DNA of 63,853 nucleotides, counting the filler, from Octopus bimaculoides (lineage: Eukaryota), in NCBI RefSeq assembly GCF_001194135.2. It is 9 parts of 9 records of this genome, joined end to end, with 100 filler letters (N's around TTAATTAATTAA, not from the genome) between each part and the next. Parts side by side here need not be neighbours in the genome. Positions count along the whole stretch, not along the records: positions 45,171 to 55,491 come from NC_068987.1; positions 55,592 to 60,507 come from NC_068985.1; positions 60,608 to 63,853 come from NC_069001.1; 6 more parts are not named here. The stretch is one strand, 5' to 3'. A program made the translations under genes and the position numbers. The notes under the pieces were generated by a model. It searched no databases, had not been told where the DNA came from, and saw only the letters and a program-made list of their open reading frames with translations. Below are positions 52,829-63,853 of the stretch, piece by piece. How positions within the stretch are numbered: the first letter of the stretch is position 1; each line of letters begins with the position of its first letter.

Positions 52829-54590
52829 TATTTACATTTGTCGTCGTAATTTTCTGTTTGGTTGAGTTTCCAACCTTCTGTACGTAACAAGAATATTCAG
52901 CCTACCCACATCAAGTTTCTGATGGCATATTGTTTTTCCCTATTTCCTTATGGTTTTCAGTTCACTTAATTTTTAATTAATTATATTGAAACTGTAGTTG
53001 ACTTCTAGGGTAGCTTAGTATGTCTATACTAATTACTGAGTTTTGGCAGTTAGTTCAGTATATTCACTATACATGGTTTGTATTTCTTTCCCTTTCTGTG
53101 TCTATGTTGTCCATTGTCTGCCTCATTTACCTCTAACTATTGATATATGTTTACCATTTCTCATATTATGGTCATTGTTTATCTTAAAATTGCTTGTATT
53201 TGATTTATGTACATTTTCGTATATATTCATATATAGTTATTTTATTTCATTTTAGCGAGGGTGAGTGAGATTGTTCTTGGCACACTTCTTGAGTTCCATA
53301 AAAAATTTAATATATTCGTAAGTCGTTAAACATCTCCCCCTCTCCACTATTTTCATCCTACATTATAATATTACAAGTTACATTCATTTTAGTTCCTTTG
53401 GGGTAGCTTTGGCGCACATTCTAACTACTGTGTTTATGTAATAAGAAATAGCTGAATTTTTGGTTTTGCTGTGTCTCTAGTTCATTGGCGTTATTATTAC
53501 AGTTTTCAGCTAAACATACAAAGGCAGACATATCGATTTATCCAAACCATTGGTTGGTGTATGGTGAGAGCAAGCAAGCAAAGAATGATGAGAAGAGGCG
53601 CTAAAGTACAGAGACGTTACTGTGACATCACCATCTTCATCATCGCCAGCGGCGTATATGTGTATGCGTGCGTGTGTTTTTTTTTATGAATAAAAGAACA
53701 ATTTTTGCAGTGACTAAGAAGTTTCAGCTTAGCAAATGTCTTCAGAAATCTGGAGGACGGCCGTGAGCCGAAATTTCGAAGTCACTTAATAACATTTTCT
53801 TTATAAGAGTTAACAGATATGTTCTTTACTAAAAGGTATTACACAATCCATCAGTTTCATCTTTAAAAAGTTATATTATTTTCTTTATATGAAAACAAAT
53901 ATTAATATATGTATGCACACACACATATAAAGTATATATATATATATNNNNNNNNNNNNNNNNNNNNNNNNNNNNNNNNNNNNNNNNNNNNNNNNNNNNN
54001 NNNNNNNNNNNNNNNNNNNNNNNNNNNNNNNNNNNNNNNNNNNNNNNNNNNNNNNNNNNNNNNNNNNNNNNNNNNNNNNNNNNNNNNNNNNNNNNNNNNN
54101 NNNNNNNNNNNNNNNNNNNNNNNNNNNNNNNNNNNNNNNNNNNNNNNNNNNNNNNNNNNNNNNNNNNNNNNNNNNNNNNNNNNNNNNNNNNNNNNNNNNN
54201 NNNNNNNNNNNNNNNNNNNNNNNNNNNNNNNNNNNNNNNNNNNNNNNNNNNNNNNNNNNNNNNNNNNNNNNNNNNNNNNNNNNNNNNNNNNNNNNNNNNN
54301 NNNNNNNNNNNNNNNNNNNNNNNNNNNNNNNNNNNNNNNNNNNNNNNNNNNNNNNNNNNNNNNNNNNNNNNNNNNNNNNNNNNNNNNNNNNNNNNNNNNN
54401 NNNNNNNNNNNNNNNNNNNNNNNNNNNNNNNNNNNNNNNNNNNNNNNNNNNNNNNNNNNNNNNNNNNNNNNNNNNNNNNNNNNNNNNNNNNNNNNNNNNN
54501 NNNNNNNNNNNNNNNNNNNNNNNNNNNNNNNNNNNNNNNNNNNNNNNNNNNNNNNNNNNNNNNNNNNNNNNNNNNNNNNNNNNNNNNNNN

Positions 54591-54629
<39 letters not shown>

Positions 54630-54744
54630 CATATATACACACATATGTGTGTGTCTATATATGTGTCCATACACAAACACACACACGTGTATATATGTGT
54701 ATGTACATTGATATATTGACAGACATAAATAAATAAATATATAT

Positions 54745-54808
<64 letters not shown>

Positions 54809-54823
54809 GACAGACAGACAGAC

Positions 54824-54880
<57 letters not shown>

Positions 54881-55904
54881 TGATTTACTTTACCGTAGGC
54901 TTTGCACAAGGATGTATTCGAAAAATAAATTTTCAATAATTTTAAGTATATCGCACCAATTATATGCAATAGAACTATACAATTATAGTGTATAATATGT
55001 GATATTTATCAATTCAAGCAAACCCCTTACAGGTAGATAATACTACACAGACCTGCACAAAATATATTCTGATACAAAGTTTAAATCATATAATTGGAGC
55101 AACATATGTAAACTTTATTTTTCGAATTCATCCTCAAGCTAGGCCTTCGGAAAGAACTCAATGGTCGTTAAACTAGAGCGCATTTATACTCACATACATA
55201 CTCACACATAAACACATACACCATACACACACACAAACACATATATTGTTAATTATTATGTATTTAGAGATATGTGCGTTCAGCACACACTCACATACGG
55301 AGTATATATTTAAAATATATGATGCACACTTATTGAACTGAGTAACATGTCAACGCGTACAATTAAAATAAATTACGTATTCCCTGAATGAGTCCCAAGC
55401 TTCTGAAAAATGAACACAAGTAAATTAACTAACGTTCATAAATGCTTGCATTCATGAAAGTTCTTGTATTTTTATACAAATTTATATATATNNNNNNNNN
55501 NNNNNNNNNNNNNNNNNNNNNNNNNNNNNNNNNNNTTAATTAATTAANNNNNNNNNNNNNNNNNNNNNNNNNNNNNNNNNNNNNNNNNNNNAGTTCAAAA
55601 GTTTTTTAGACGTCGTGGTATATTGAAGCGATTTCCAATCAGAAGATGGGTCCAGTGTAAATCCGTGGGTAGGAGAGGTGCAGCCGGAGGGTATAAAGTT
55701 CAGAATCAAACAGTCCAGATCCAGAAGGAAAGAAGGTAGAATCCAAAAGTTGGTAGTGTGTGATGAGAGGAGACAGGATTAGCTGGTGCGACCACGTGAG
55801 CGTGTATTATATGTGGGAGAATATACAAAAAATAACAACAGACGAGGACAGGTGGTGTAAATAACAAAAGTATATATTAGTATGACGCTCGGGAATACGG
55901 AAAG

Positions 55905-55941
55905 TCTTTGACGTTTCGAGCTACGCTCTTCAACAGAAAGA
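55905..55941 (-). ncRNA. Minimal type-I hammerhead-ribozyme-like motif (Penelope-type)
   Basis: TCTTT CTGTTGA A GAGC-GTA-GCTC GAAA C GTC AAAGA: helix I TCTTT/AAAGA, helix II GAGC/GCTC, palindromic ACGT helix III and a GUC site. A6 of the core is U. Confidence 0.5.
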
Positions 55942-56381
55942 ATACGGAGGGGTACTGCTTACAGTATATTTCAGATAGAGATCGTTTATCCATAACAAGC
56001 TGGGGAAAATGTTTTCCTGGGTTTAAAAGGTAGTATCATAGTTCGACGTAGGACGACCACATTACATTTGCAAATAAACTTTACTGTACAGTAACGTTAC
56101 CACTTGACCTCATTTAGAGATTTTAAAACTAGCGGTTTTTCTCCTTACGAGATCAGCGACTGTCTGTCGCTTCTCTGTTTATATACTGTCAGTAAGGTCG
56201 AGTGACCGCCATCTCTAGCCGCCAGTTTTCCAATTCCGAGGACGAGAAATAACCCAGAAATCATTGGTTTGCTGGTACTACTAATAGCTAGAGGGGAATA
56301 GTACGATCCATTGGTTACAGTGTATTTCAGACATAGATCGTGAGTCGATAACCAGCTGGAAAAGATACATACACACACACA

Positions 56382-56453
<72 letters not shown>

Positions 56454-57412
56454 NNNNNNNNNNNNNNNNNNNNNNNNNNNNNNNNNNNNNNNNNNNNNNN
56501 NNNNNNNNNNNNNNNNNNNNNNNNNNNNNNNNNNNNNNNNNNNNNNNNNNNNNNNNNNNNNNNNNNNNNNNNNNNNNNNNNNNNNNNNNNNNNNNNNNNN
56601 NNNNNNNNNNNNNNNNNNNNNNNNNNNNNNNNNNNNNNNNNNNNNNNNNNNNNNNNNNNNNNNNNNNNNNNNNNNNNNNNNNNNNNNNNNNNNNNNNNNN
56701 NNNNNNNNNNNNNNNNNNNNNNNNNNNNNNNNNNNNNNNNNNNNNNNNNNNNNNNNNNNNNNNNNNNNNNNNNNNNNNNNNNNNNNNNNNNNNNNNNNNN
56801 NNNNNNNNNNNNNNNNNNNNNNNNNNNNNNNCGTGAATTATTTTTTTCTCGTGAATCATTAACTCCGTACTGAAATTATTTTTACATTGGTGGCTGCCAA
56901 GAGTTCGGCGCAAAACGAATCAATCGCAGCACAGACTTCAACACGATGGGTTACTCTTTCATGGTAACGCATGCTGAGAAAGCTGAGGTTATTTTTGCCA
57001 GTGCAGAAACCAGTGCACGTGAAACCAAATACATAAATATACGTTGGGAGATTGTCTGACCCCGTTTGCCTTCGGACGGTTGATTTCTGCAGTTATCAAC
57101 AGTGTAATTTGGCGATTTAAATAAGAGTTTTGACTGTTATTTCCAGCAGGTAGACATATTTAGTATGTCCCTTGATTAATTTAATATATAATATATAGGT
57201 GTGTATGTGTGTGTATGTATGTATTTATATATAGATATAGGCGTATATCTAGCTGTGTGGTAGGAGGCTTGCTTCTCAACCACGTGGATCCGTTCAATCC
57301 CGCTGCGGGGCTCTTTGGGCAAGTGACTTCCACTATTGCCTGGGGCCAACCAAAACCTTGGGACTGGATTATATAATACATACATACACTCTCACACAAA
57401 CATGCGCGCACT

Positions 57413-57444
<32 letters not shown>

Positions 57445-57859
57445 CACACGCACATTTATATACGCATTTATATATACATCAGATATTTTGCAAAAGATTT
57501 GACTAAGATCACAATATTTGAAGAATGATTTTCTTAAATAAAGTACGCATCTGGTACTTAATTTATCGACCCTGAAAGGATAATAGACAAAGTCGACCTC
57601 AGCGGAATTTAAACTCACAACGTAAAGACAGACGAAATACCGCTAAGCATTTCGCCCGGGATGCTAACGCTTCTGCCAGCTCGACCACCAGCCACCCTCC
57701 TTTTTAATTATATTAAAAAGTACCATAAGAAACAAAATGATACAAATTTTTGGGAGAAGGTTTTCGTATTGGCTCTAAGTGCTTTCCCTGCTCACTTTCC
57801 AGAACAGGCGTTACGGGGTAATCCTTGCAGAGAGGTTCTTTTTTAGCTGCGGTCTTGAA

Positions 57860-58170
57860 TATTGCCGGTTCTGTTTCAGATTTAGAATTCTTATAAACTA
57901 CTTTTCGTTTGCCTGTCGTAGTTGATAATTTTCTTCCTTTATTTTTGTCTAGAATTTCACTATTTGGTACAGTTTGATTTTTAGCTCATGTACTCTAACG
58001 CAATTAATTAATTTTGATCCCATTTGGCCGATATGATTCTCAGTGCATTGTGGGTATGTGATGCAATAGATGAGATTCTTTTTGTAATTTAGAATCTGTG
58101 TTCCAGAATAAGTCTTCTAGAGTAACTTTTCTTGTTCTTCATTGCAGGCAAATAATGGTTCCCAAGCAGA
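57860..58170 (-). mobile_element. Penelope-like element, GIY-YIG endonuclease remnant
   Basis: KNLIYCITYPQCTENHIGQMGSKLINCVRVH...LRQANEK*FIRIL is a decayed NxIYxIxCxxCxxxYIGQT...RxxxH...ExxxI motif set. Confidence 0.8.
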
Positions 58171-58875
58171 AACAACGCGCTGTAAATGAGTTATTTATGA
58201 AAGAGGGATTAAGACATTACCTGACTGAAAACCCGCTTAATCAATGAAATAAAGCTTGTTATTTAAATAATTATTTAATTCAAAACAATTTTGTATCACT
58301 TGCCCGTCTGTCTGTAATAATTTTGTAATTAGATATTATTGTCACGATATTAATTAAAATTGTTTAATGATATTTCTAAATAGATCGTTTAAATAGGAAA
58401 ATATGAATGCGAACGTTTTAACATTTTTAGTTTTTTATTTGCTGTTTACGTCAATTAAGAGGAGTAGAAACGGTTTTGTGCACAATAGATAAATTTTGCC
58501 GTTGATATATACAGACTTTTTTTGCCGATATACGTGATGTATCAGACTGATTAAGATTTCTGATGACGGAAAAAAATGATTACTAACATCATGTTCCGTT
58601 AGCAGAAAGATAAATAGAATGAATAAATTAGAAAATCGAAATGATGTGATAAACACAGACACACAACACAAAGACACATATACATAGATTATACACACAC
58701 ACACACACACACACACANNNNNNNNNNNNNNNNNNNNNNNNNNNNNNNNNNNNNNNNNNNNNNNNNNNNNNNNNNNNNNNNNNNNNNNNNNNNNNNNNNN
58801 NNNNNNNNNNNNNNNNNNNNNNNNNNNNNNNNNNNNNNNNNNNNNNNNNNNNNNNNNNNNNNNNNNNNNNNNNNA

Positions 58876-59893
58876 TACAGGGTGTGGTGAATAAATCGTC
58901 GTCTAAATTACGCAAAAATGAAAATAAGACTGACATCTCATTTTAACAGATATATTTACCAAAATTACAGAAAAAATATTTTAAAATACTAAAGAGTAAA
59001 TCTATTCAATAAATTCGCCATTGGCTTCAAACACGGCTACCAGACGACTTCGGAATCTACTGCAACTCTTCTCGACAGTCACCTTGTTTAAGTTTGTTAA
59101 TATTGCCATAATTCCTTGCCTTCAGGTCATCTTTGGTGTTACAAGGAGTTTTGTTGGTCTCTCGCTCACCTTCACCCCACACAGTATAATAGGGTCAATT
59201 GGGTACCGTCTGTGAGAAGAAACAACACTGTGACGCAATGGACTCTGTCGGAAATTTGGAAACGACATGCTGTACTACTTAGCATTCGCACCGGAAGCTC
59301 CAATATGAACATTTCAGAGTGCTTGGGAACGTCCGAATGAATTGGGATCCCGTTAGAGGCCTGCAGTCTGGGGATTTAGGTGGCCAGAGGTTAGGGGTGA
59401 CGTGGTCGCAGAAATAGTCTGACAGGCATGACTGGGTTCTTCTGCTTGCGCAGCATAGTGCAGAGTCCTGTTGCTAGATATAAGGTCTTCCAGCAGCCAC
59501 CCTCTTCGCCCAGGGTAGCACCACCTGCTCCATGCACTTGATTTAGGCCTCTGTGTTGAGTCTATCACTAGTGATCGCTCCAAACACCATGATATTGACT
59601 GGATGTTTGATTTTTATCACTCTCGGTACATCTCCTCAGATTCTACTGTCCTCAGAGTGACACCCAAACATTCTGAAAAGTTTATACTGGAGCTTCCGGC
59701 GCTAATACCAAGCAGGAGAGGATGACGTTTCCAAAGTTCTGGCAGAGTGAATTGTGTCATGGAGTTGCTTTTCTCACAGACGGTACCCAACTGACCCTAC
59801 TATACTGTGTAGTCGGCAAATTCAAAAACAAAGAATGCGTATGCGCGAAATTAGAAATATAAAATGGCGACAGTTTACCCAACGCACACTCTG
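58876..59893 (-). mobile_element. Internally deleted and rearranged maT/DD37D element
   Basis: TAcagggtgtg TIR at 58876 and an imperfect partner near 59893. - strand reads [13 protein letters not shown]...KHPVNIMVFGAITSD...VLPWAKRVAAGRPYI*QQDSA...WPPKSPDC, and after an inverted insert ERETNKTPCNTKDDLKAR...RFRSRLVAVFEANGEFIE*. Confidence 0.9.
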
Positions 59894-60224
59894 TGTGTGT
59901 GTGTGTGTGTGTGTATGCATACATACCGATATATTTTTTGTGTGTGAGTGTGTGTGTGCGTGTGTGTGTGTGCGTGTGTGTGTGCGTGTGTGTGTGCGTG
60001 TGTTCGTGTGTGCGTGTGCGCATGTGTGTGTGTATATATACATTTCTATTTATTTGTATAAGGTATGTTTAATGTATGTCTATATACATGCATCTTCTTA
60101 CGTTTTACAGTCTTTTATTCTTTTATCGGCTTCAGCTCAAAGCTGTGGCCATACTGGGGCACATATATATACATATACAAATATAAGTACATATATATAC
60201 ATCTATACATGCATACAGATAGAC

Positions 60225-60255
60225 AGACAGGAAGACAGACAGACAGACAGACAGG

Positions 60256-60296
<41 letters not shown>

Positions 60297-60297
60297 G

Positions 60298-60352
<55 letters not shown>

Positions 60353-60373
60353 GGATAGATAGATGGATGGATG

Positions 60374-60440
<67 letters not shown>

Positions 60441-60445
60441 GGATG

Positions 60446-60507
<62 letters not shown>
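60225..60507. repeat. Long (GATA)n/(GATG)n microsatellite, representative of many
   Basis: Other tracts: (GTAT)n 970-1100 and 1517-1652, (ATAC)n/(AGAT)n 16790-16930, (TAG)n 20837-20969, (GAAGAGGAGGAG)n 49718-49803, (CTA)n 51617-51680, and extensive (TA)n/(CA)n at 12.7-24 kb. Most N gaps are bordered by microsatellites. Confidence 0.97.
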
Positions 60508-60607
60508 NNNNNNNNNNNNNNNNNNNNNNNNNNNNNNNNNNNNNNNNNNNNTTAATTAATTAANNNNNNNNNNNNNNNNNNNNNNNNNNNNNNNNNNNNN
60601 NNNNNNN

Positions 60608-60644
<37 letters not shown>

Positions 60645-60720
60645 ATATTCAACATGTGGAAACATTAATCCCGACACGGTTCTCTCCCCCTCTATCTCTC
60701 TTCCTCTTTTCCTTCTCATC

Positions 60721-60758
60721 TCTTTCTGTTGAAGAGCATATGCTCGAAACGTCAAATA
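60721..60758 (+). ncRNA. Minimal hammerhead-like motif, second copy
   Basis: TCTTT CTGTTGA A GAGC-ATAT-GCTC GAAA C GTC AAATA, with one helix I mismatch. Confidence 0.45.
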
Positions 60759-60846
60759 CTTTTCCATTTTTCCTGAGACCATCAAACCAATACACCTGCT
60801 TGTTGCTCCTCGGTCATTTGTTTTCTGTATATTTGAACCATACACG

Positions 60847-60880
<34 letters not shown>

Positions 60881-61115
60881 ACAAAACAGGAAGCTGGAAG
60901 ATTTTTGGATATTATTTCATTTGCTAACAGGAATCGGAAAACTGTACACGTTGGGTAAGCATGTAAGAAATGTCCTACATGAAATTCTTCAGACAGAGAA
61001 TCAAATAATACCAGCTTCCTGCTTTGTTATATAACTCCGCAAATAATATTTCGAGAATGTTCAACTCCAATATGCGCCCTCACATCAATACAACGCCAGC
61101 AACCACATGGTAATA

Positions 61116-62038
61116 CAGCAGTTCTTAACCTGGTGGCGGTGACCCCTGGGAGTGGATCTTTGGAGTTTTTCGGTGGGGTCACGAAGGGTTTGGAAGAAAG
61201 TAATTTATTTCATGCATTTGAGGTGTGGCACTGCAGCTGTATTGCTGCATTTCGGTGTCATGTATTGCTGCATTTCGGTGTCATGTATTGCTGCATTTCG
61301 GTGTCATGTATTGCTGCATTTCGGTGTCATGTATTGCTGCATTTCGGTGTCATGTATTGCTGCATTTCGGTGTCATGTATTGCTGCATTTCGGTGTCATG
61401 TATTGCTGCATTTCGGTGTCATGTATTGCTGCATTTCGGTGTCATGTATTGCTGCATTTCGGTGTCATGTATTGCAGCTGCTAGGCAGTATAATGACTGT
61501 ATGTGCTTCACTCCTGCTCTGTGACTCCCAAGATACAACTTTCTTTCCTCAGTTCAAAGACGATTTTTCTGAACAAGAGCTTCCAACATTTTGGGCGAAA
61601 CTGAAGGACGACTATCCTCTTCTTTCGATTCGTGCACTGCTCATGCTGACCCAGTCCCCATCGATCCACCACTGCAAGGTTGGATTCTCGACAATAATAG
61701 CACTGGAAACGAAGGTATGTTGTAGACTTGTGATTGACGCCAACATGAGATATTGTCTGCTGAGCACTGCTTCTCATTTTGATGTACTTATGGCTGCAAA
61801 ATATCAACCGTCCCACTAAGTGAATAAATAGATTTCCTGTGATATTCAGTAGTTCTATGCGGGGTTTTTTAAGCACTTGTAGCATTTTCAAGGTCTTTTA
61901 TTTGCAACATTATTTTCAATAATTTAAGATCTTCATATAGTTTTGTTTTATCTTACGTTTACGCAAAATTCGCCATTACAAAATTTATTATAGGGATCAC
62001 GGTAATACCCTGGAGAGTCTCAGAGGGTTAAGACGATG
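61116..62038 (+). mobile_element. hAT (Charlie/Buster-like) non-autonomous element with transposase C-terminal remnant
   Basis: 5' TIR cagcagttcttaacct. 61510-61819 reads FWAKLKDDYPLLSIRALLML...GFSTIIALETK..RL...MRYCL...FDVLMAAKYQPSH*, the hAT dimerisation domain ending in xSH. The 3' TIR is degenerate. Confidence 0.85.
61238..61475. repeat. Perfect minisatellite, 10 x 23 bp (tgtattgctgcatttcggtgtca) plus 8 bp
   Basis: Ten identical units counted, with no spacers. Confidence 0.97.
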
Positions 62039-62177
62039 AAAAAGGGTGAAGAACTACTGTTGTAATACTAGAATAAACAGATATGCTCCAAGAGGACACA
62101 ACTCGGATTTTTTCCCAACTATGACTGAGCAAGCGAGCGAGCGAACCAGCGACAGACAGACAGACAGACAGACAGAC

Positions 62178-62224
<47 letters not shown>

Positions 62225-63019
62225 AGTTGATGAGTACCACATATTCTCCTCCATTTTCTTATTGCTATATAAATTAATGGTAAAATATCATTTATTACAC
62301 TTGATAAAAACACTAGTGTAATAATAATTGTGTATCCTTCCGGTAGTATATTGGATAGATATTATCCCTTAGTGGGTTGGATTCACAACCCCTAACTTTN
62401 NNNNNNNNNNNNNNNNNNNNNNNNNNNNNNNNNNNNNNNNNNNNNNNNNNNNNNNNNNNNNNNNNNNNNNNNNNNNNNNNNNNNNNNNNNNNNNNNNNNN
62501 NNNNNNNNNNNNNNNNNNNNNNNNNNNNNNNNNNNNNNNNNNNNNNNNNNNNNNNNNNNNNNNNNNNNNNNNNNNNNNNNNNNNNNNNNNNNNNNNNNNN
62601 NNNNNNNNNNNNNNNNNNNNNNNNNNNNNNNNNNNNNNNNNNNNNNNNNNNNNNNNNNNNNNNNNNNNNNNNNNNNNNNNNNNNNNNNNNNNNNNNNNNN
62701 NNNNNNNNNNNNNNNNNNNNNNNNNNNNNNNNNNNNNNNNNNNNNNNNNNNNNNNNNNNNNNNNNNNNNNNNNNNNNNNNNNNNNNNNNNNNNNNNNNNN
62801 NNNNNNNNNNNNNNNNNNNNNNNNNNNNNNNNNNNNNNNNNNNNNNNNNNNNNNNNNNNNNNNNNNNNNNNNNNNNNNNNNNNNNNNNNNNNNNNNNNNN
62901 NNNNNNNNNNNNNNNNNNNNNNNNNNNNNNNNNNNNNNNNNNNNNNNNNNNNNNNNNNNNNNNNNNNNNNNNNNNNNCTGGCTTTTTTTCATTTTCCTAT
63001 ATATATATATATATATATA

Positions 63020-63520
63020 TCCTCTGCAGGGTCCTATCAAAAGTAGCCGTCGTTTGCCCTTCCTGACTGGATTCCAAAGCGTGACCAACTAAGACTATGG
63101 ATATTATCCAGCCATCTTAAGGCGGCAAGCTAGCAGAAAGGTTAGCACGCCAGGCGAAATGCTTAGTGGTACTTCGTCTGTCTTTACGTTCTGAGTTCAA
63201 ATTCTACCGAGGTCGACTTTGCCTTTCATTCATTCGGGGTCGATAAATTAAGTACCAGTTGTGTACTGATGTCGATCTAATCGACTGGCGCCCTCCGCAA
63301 AGATTTCGGGCCTTGTGCCTAGAGTAGAAAAAAATTATCCAGCCATCTCGTTCTTGGTCTACTCTTAGGTTTCTTGCCAGTTGGCTCGGTTTGAAGAATC
63401 CATTTTTCGATTCTTTCCTGCGACATTCTAATCCCTGTAGTACCAGAGCAGTGACCTCTCAATGTGGAGACATAGCGGTTCGAGCTGGAGAGACTCTTTA
63501 ATCTCTGAGCTACGCATCCT
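63020..63520 (-). mobile_element. RTE-like LINE 3' remnant interrupted by a SINE
   Basis: RMSQERIEKWILQTEPTGKKPKSRPRTRWLDN continues as IHSLSWSRFGIQ once 63118-63333 and one TSD are removed. Confidence 0.75.
63118..63333 (+). mobile_element. tRNA-derived SINE family A, full length, 15-bp TSD
   Basis: ggcggcaagctagcagaa...gttcaaattctaccgaggtcgactttgcc..., flanked by attatccagccatct at 63103-63117 and 63334-63348. Confidence 0.92.
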
Positions 63521-63853
63521 ATCGAATAACATTCACCCACTTCCCATTCATTCATATGTGTGATCTCCAGTCTCTTGTATTTGTGTGAGTGTTCTCAAGT
63601 CTTTTCTACTTTAAAACATATTTTACTTCGTGAAAAACAAGTGTGGCTTAACTAGGTTAGTACTTCGCTCCAACCTTTTCGCGTTTGTTTCATCATAACT
63701 TCCTTAAAACCATTGGCAAAATGAAATTTTATAGAGATATGTTTTCGACGATGAAGATTACGATTATGTTGATAAAAGATAAAATTGTAAAAGAAAAAAA
63801 AGAAACACTTTTTTGGCAGATCTTCAGCTCATTTCTCTTCACACCGACTGGTG

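Noticed and set aside
53750-53790. ctggaggacggccgtgagccgaaa hammerhead-like string
   Set aside because: The core has an insertion or substitution and there is no adjacent helix I or III pairing.
56145-56360. - strand acceptor followed by about 70 open codons
   Set aside because: Begins directly after a (GT)n tract, has no motif and no donor; likely chance.
61133-61819. 228-aa Cys-rich ORF with CCISVSCIAAFRCHVLLHFG repeats; possible CRISPR-like or metallothionein-like feature
   Set aside because: It is the translation of a spacer-less 23-bp minisatellite fused to a decayed hAT remnant.

Overview
AT-rich, microsatellite- and gap-ridden animal genomic scaffold. The tRNA-derived SINE families, LINE set and genes suggest an octopus/cephalopod genome (inference). 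No prokaryotic features, rRNA, tRNA genes or CRISPR arrays were found, and almost all long ORFs in the track are microsatellite or N-run artefacts. Real coding content: (1) four consecutive, phase-compatible + strand exons (4049-8899) encoding FN3 repeats 2-4 of a contactin-like adhesion protein, whose last exons are not clearly visible; (2) a peptidoglycan-recognition-protein (PGRP) locus at 34-40 kb with one signal-peptide exon (- strand) and two inverted copies of the first PGRP-domain exon; (3) an unassigned Cys-rich candidate terminal exon (48208-48526). In the PGRP locus, the exon copy on the leader's strand has lost its splice acceptor, the intact copy points the other way, and all 14 codon differences between the copies change the amino acid. 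The rest is degenerate TEs (RTE, L1/Tx1, R4/Dong, Penelope GIY-YIG, mariner, maT/DD37D, hAT, a MITE, at least three SINE families). Several carry notable structure, including minimal hammerhead-ribozyme-like motifs. Exon, TSD and short-motif coordinates were counted by hand; TE boundaries are approximate.
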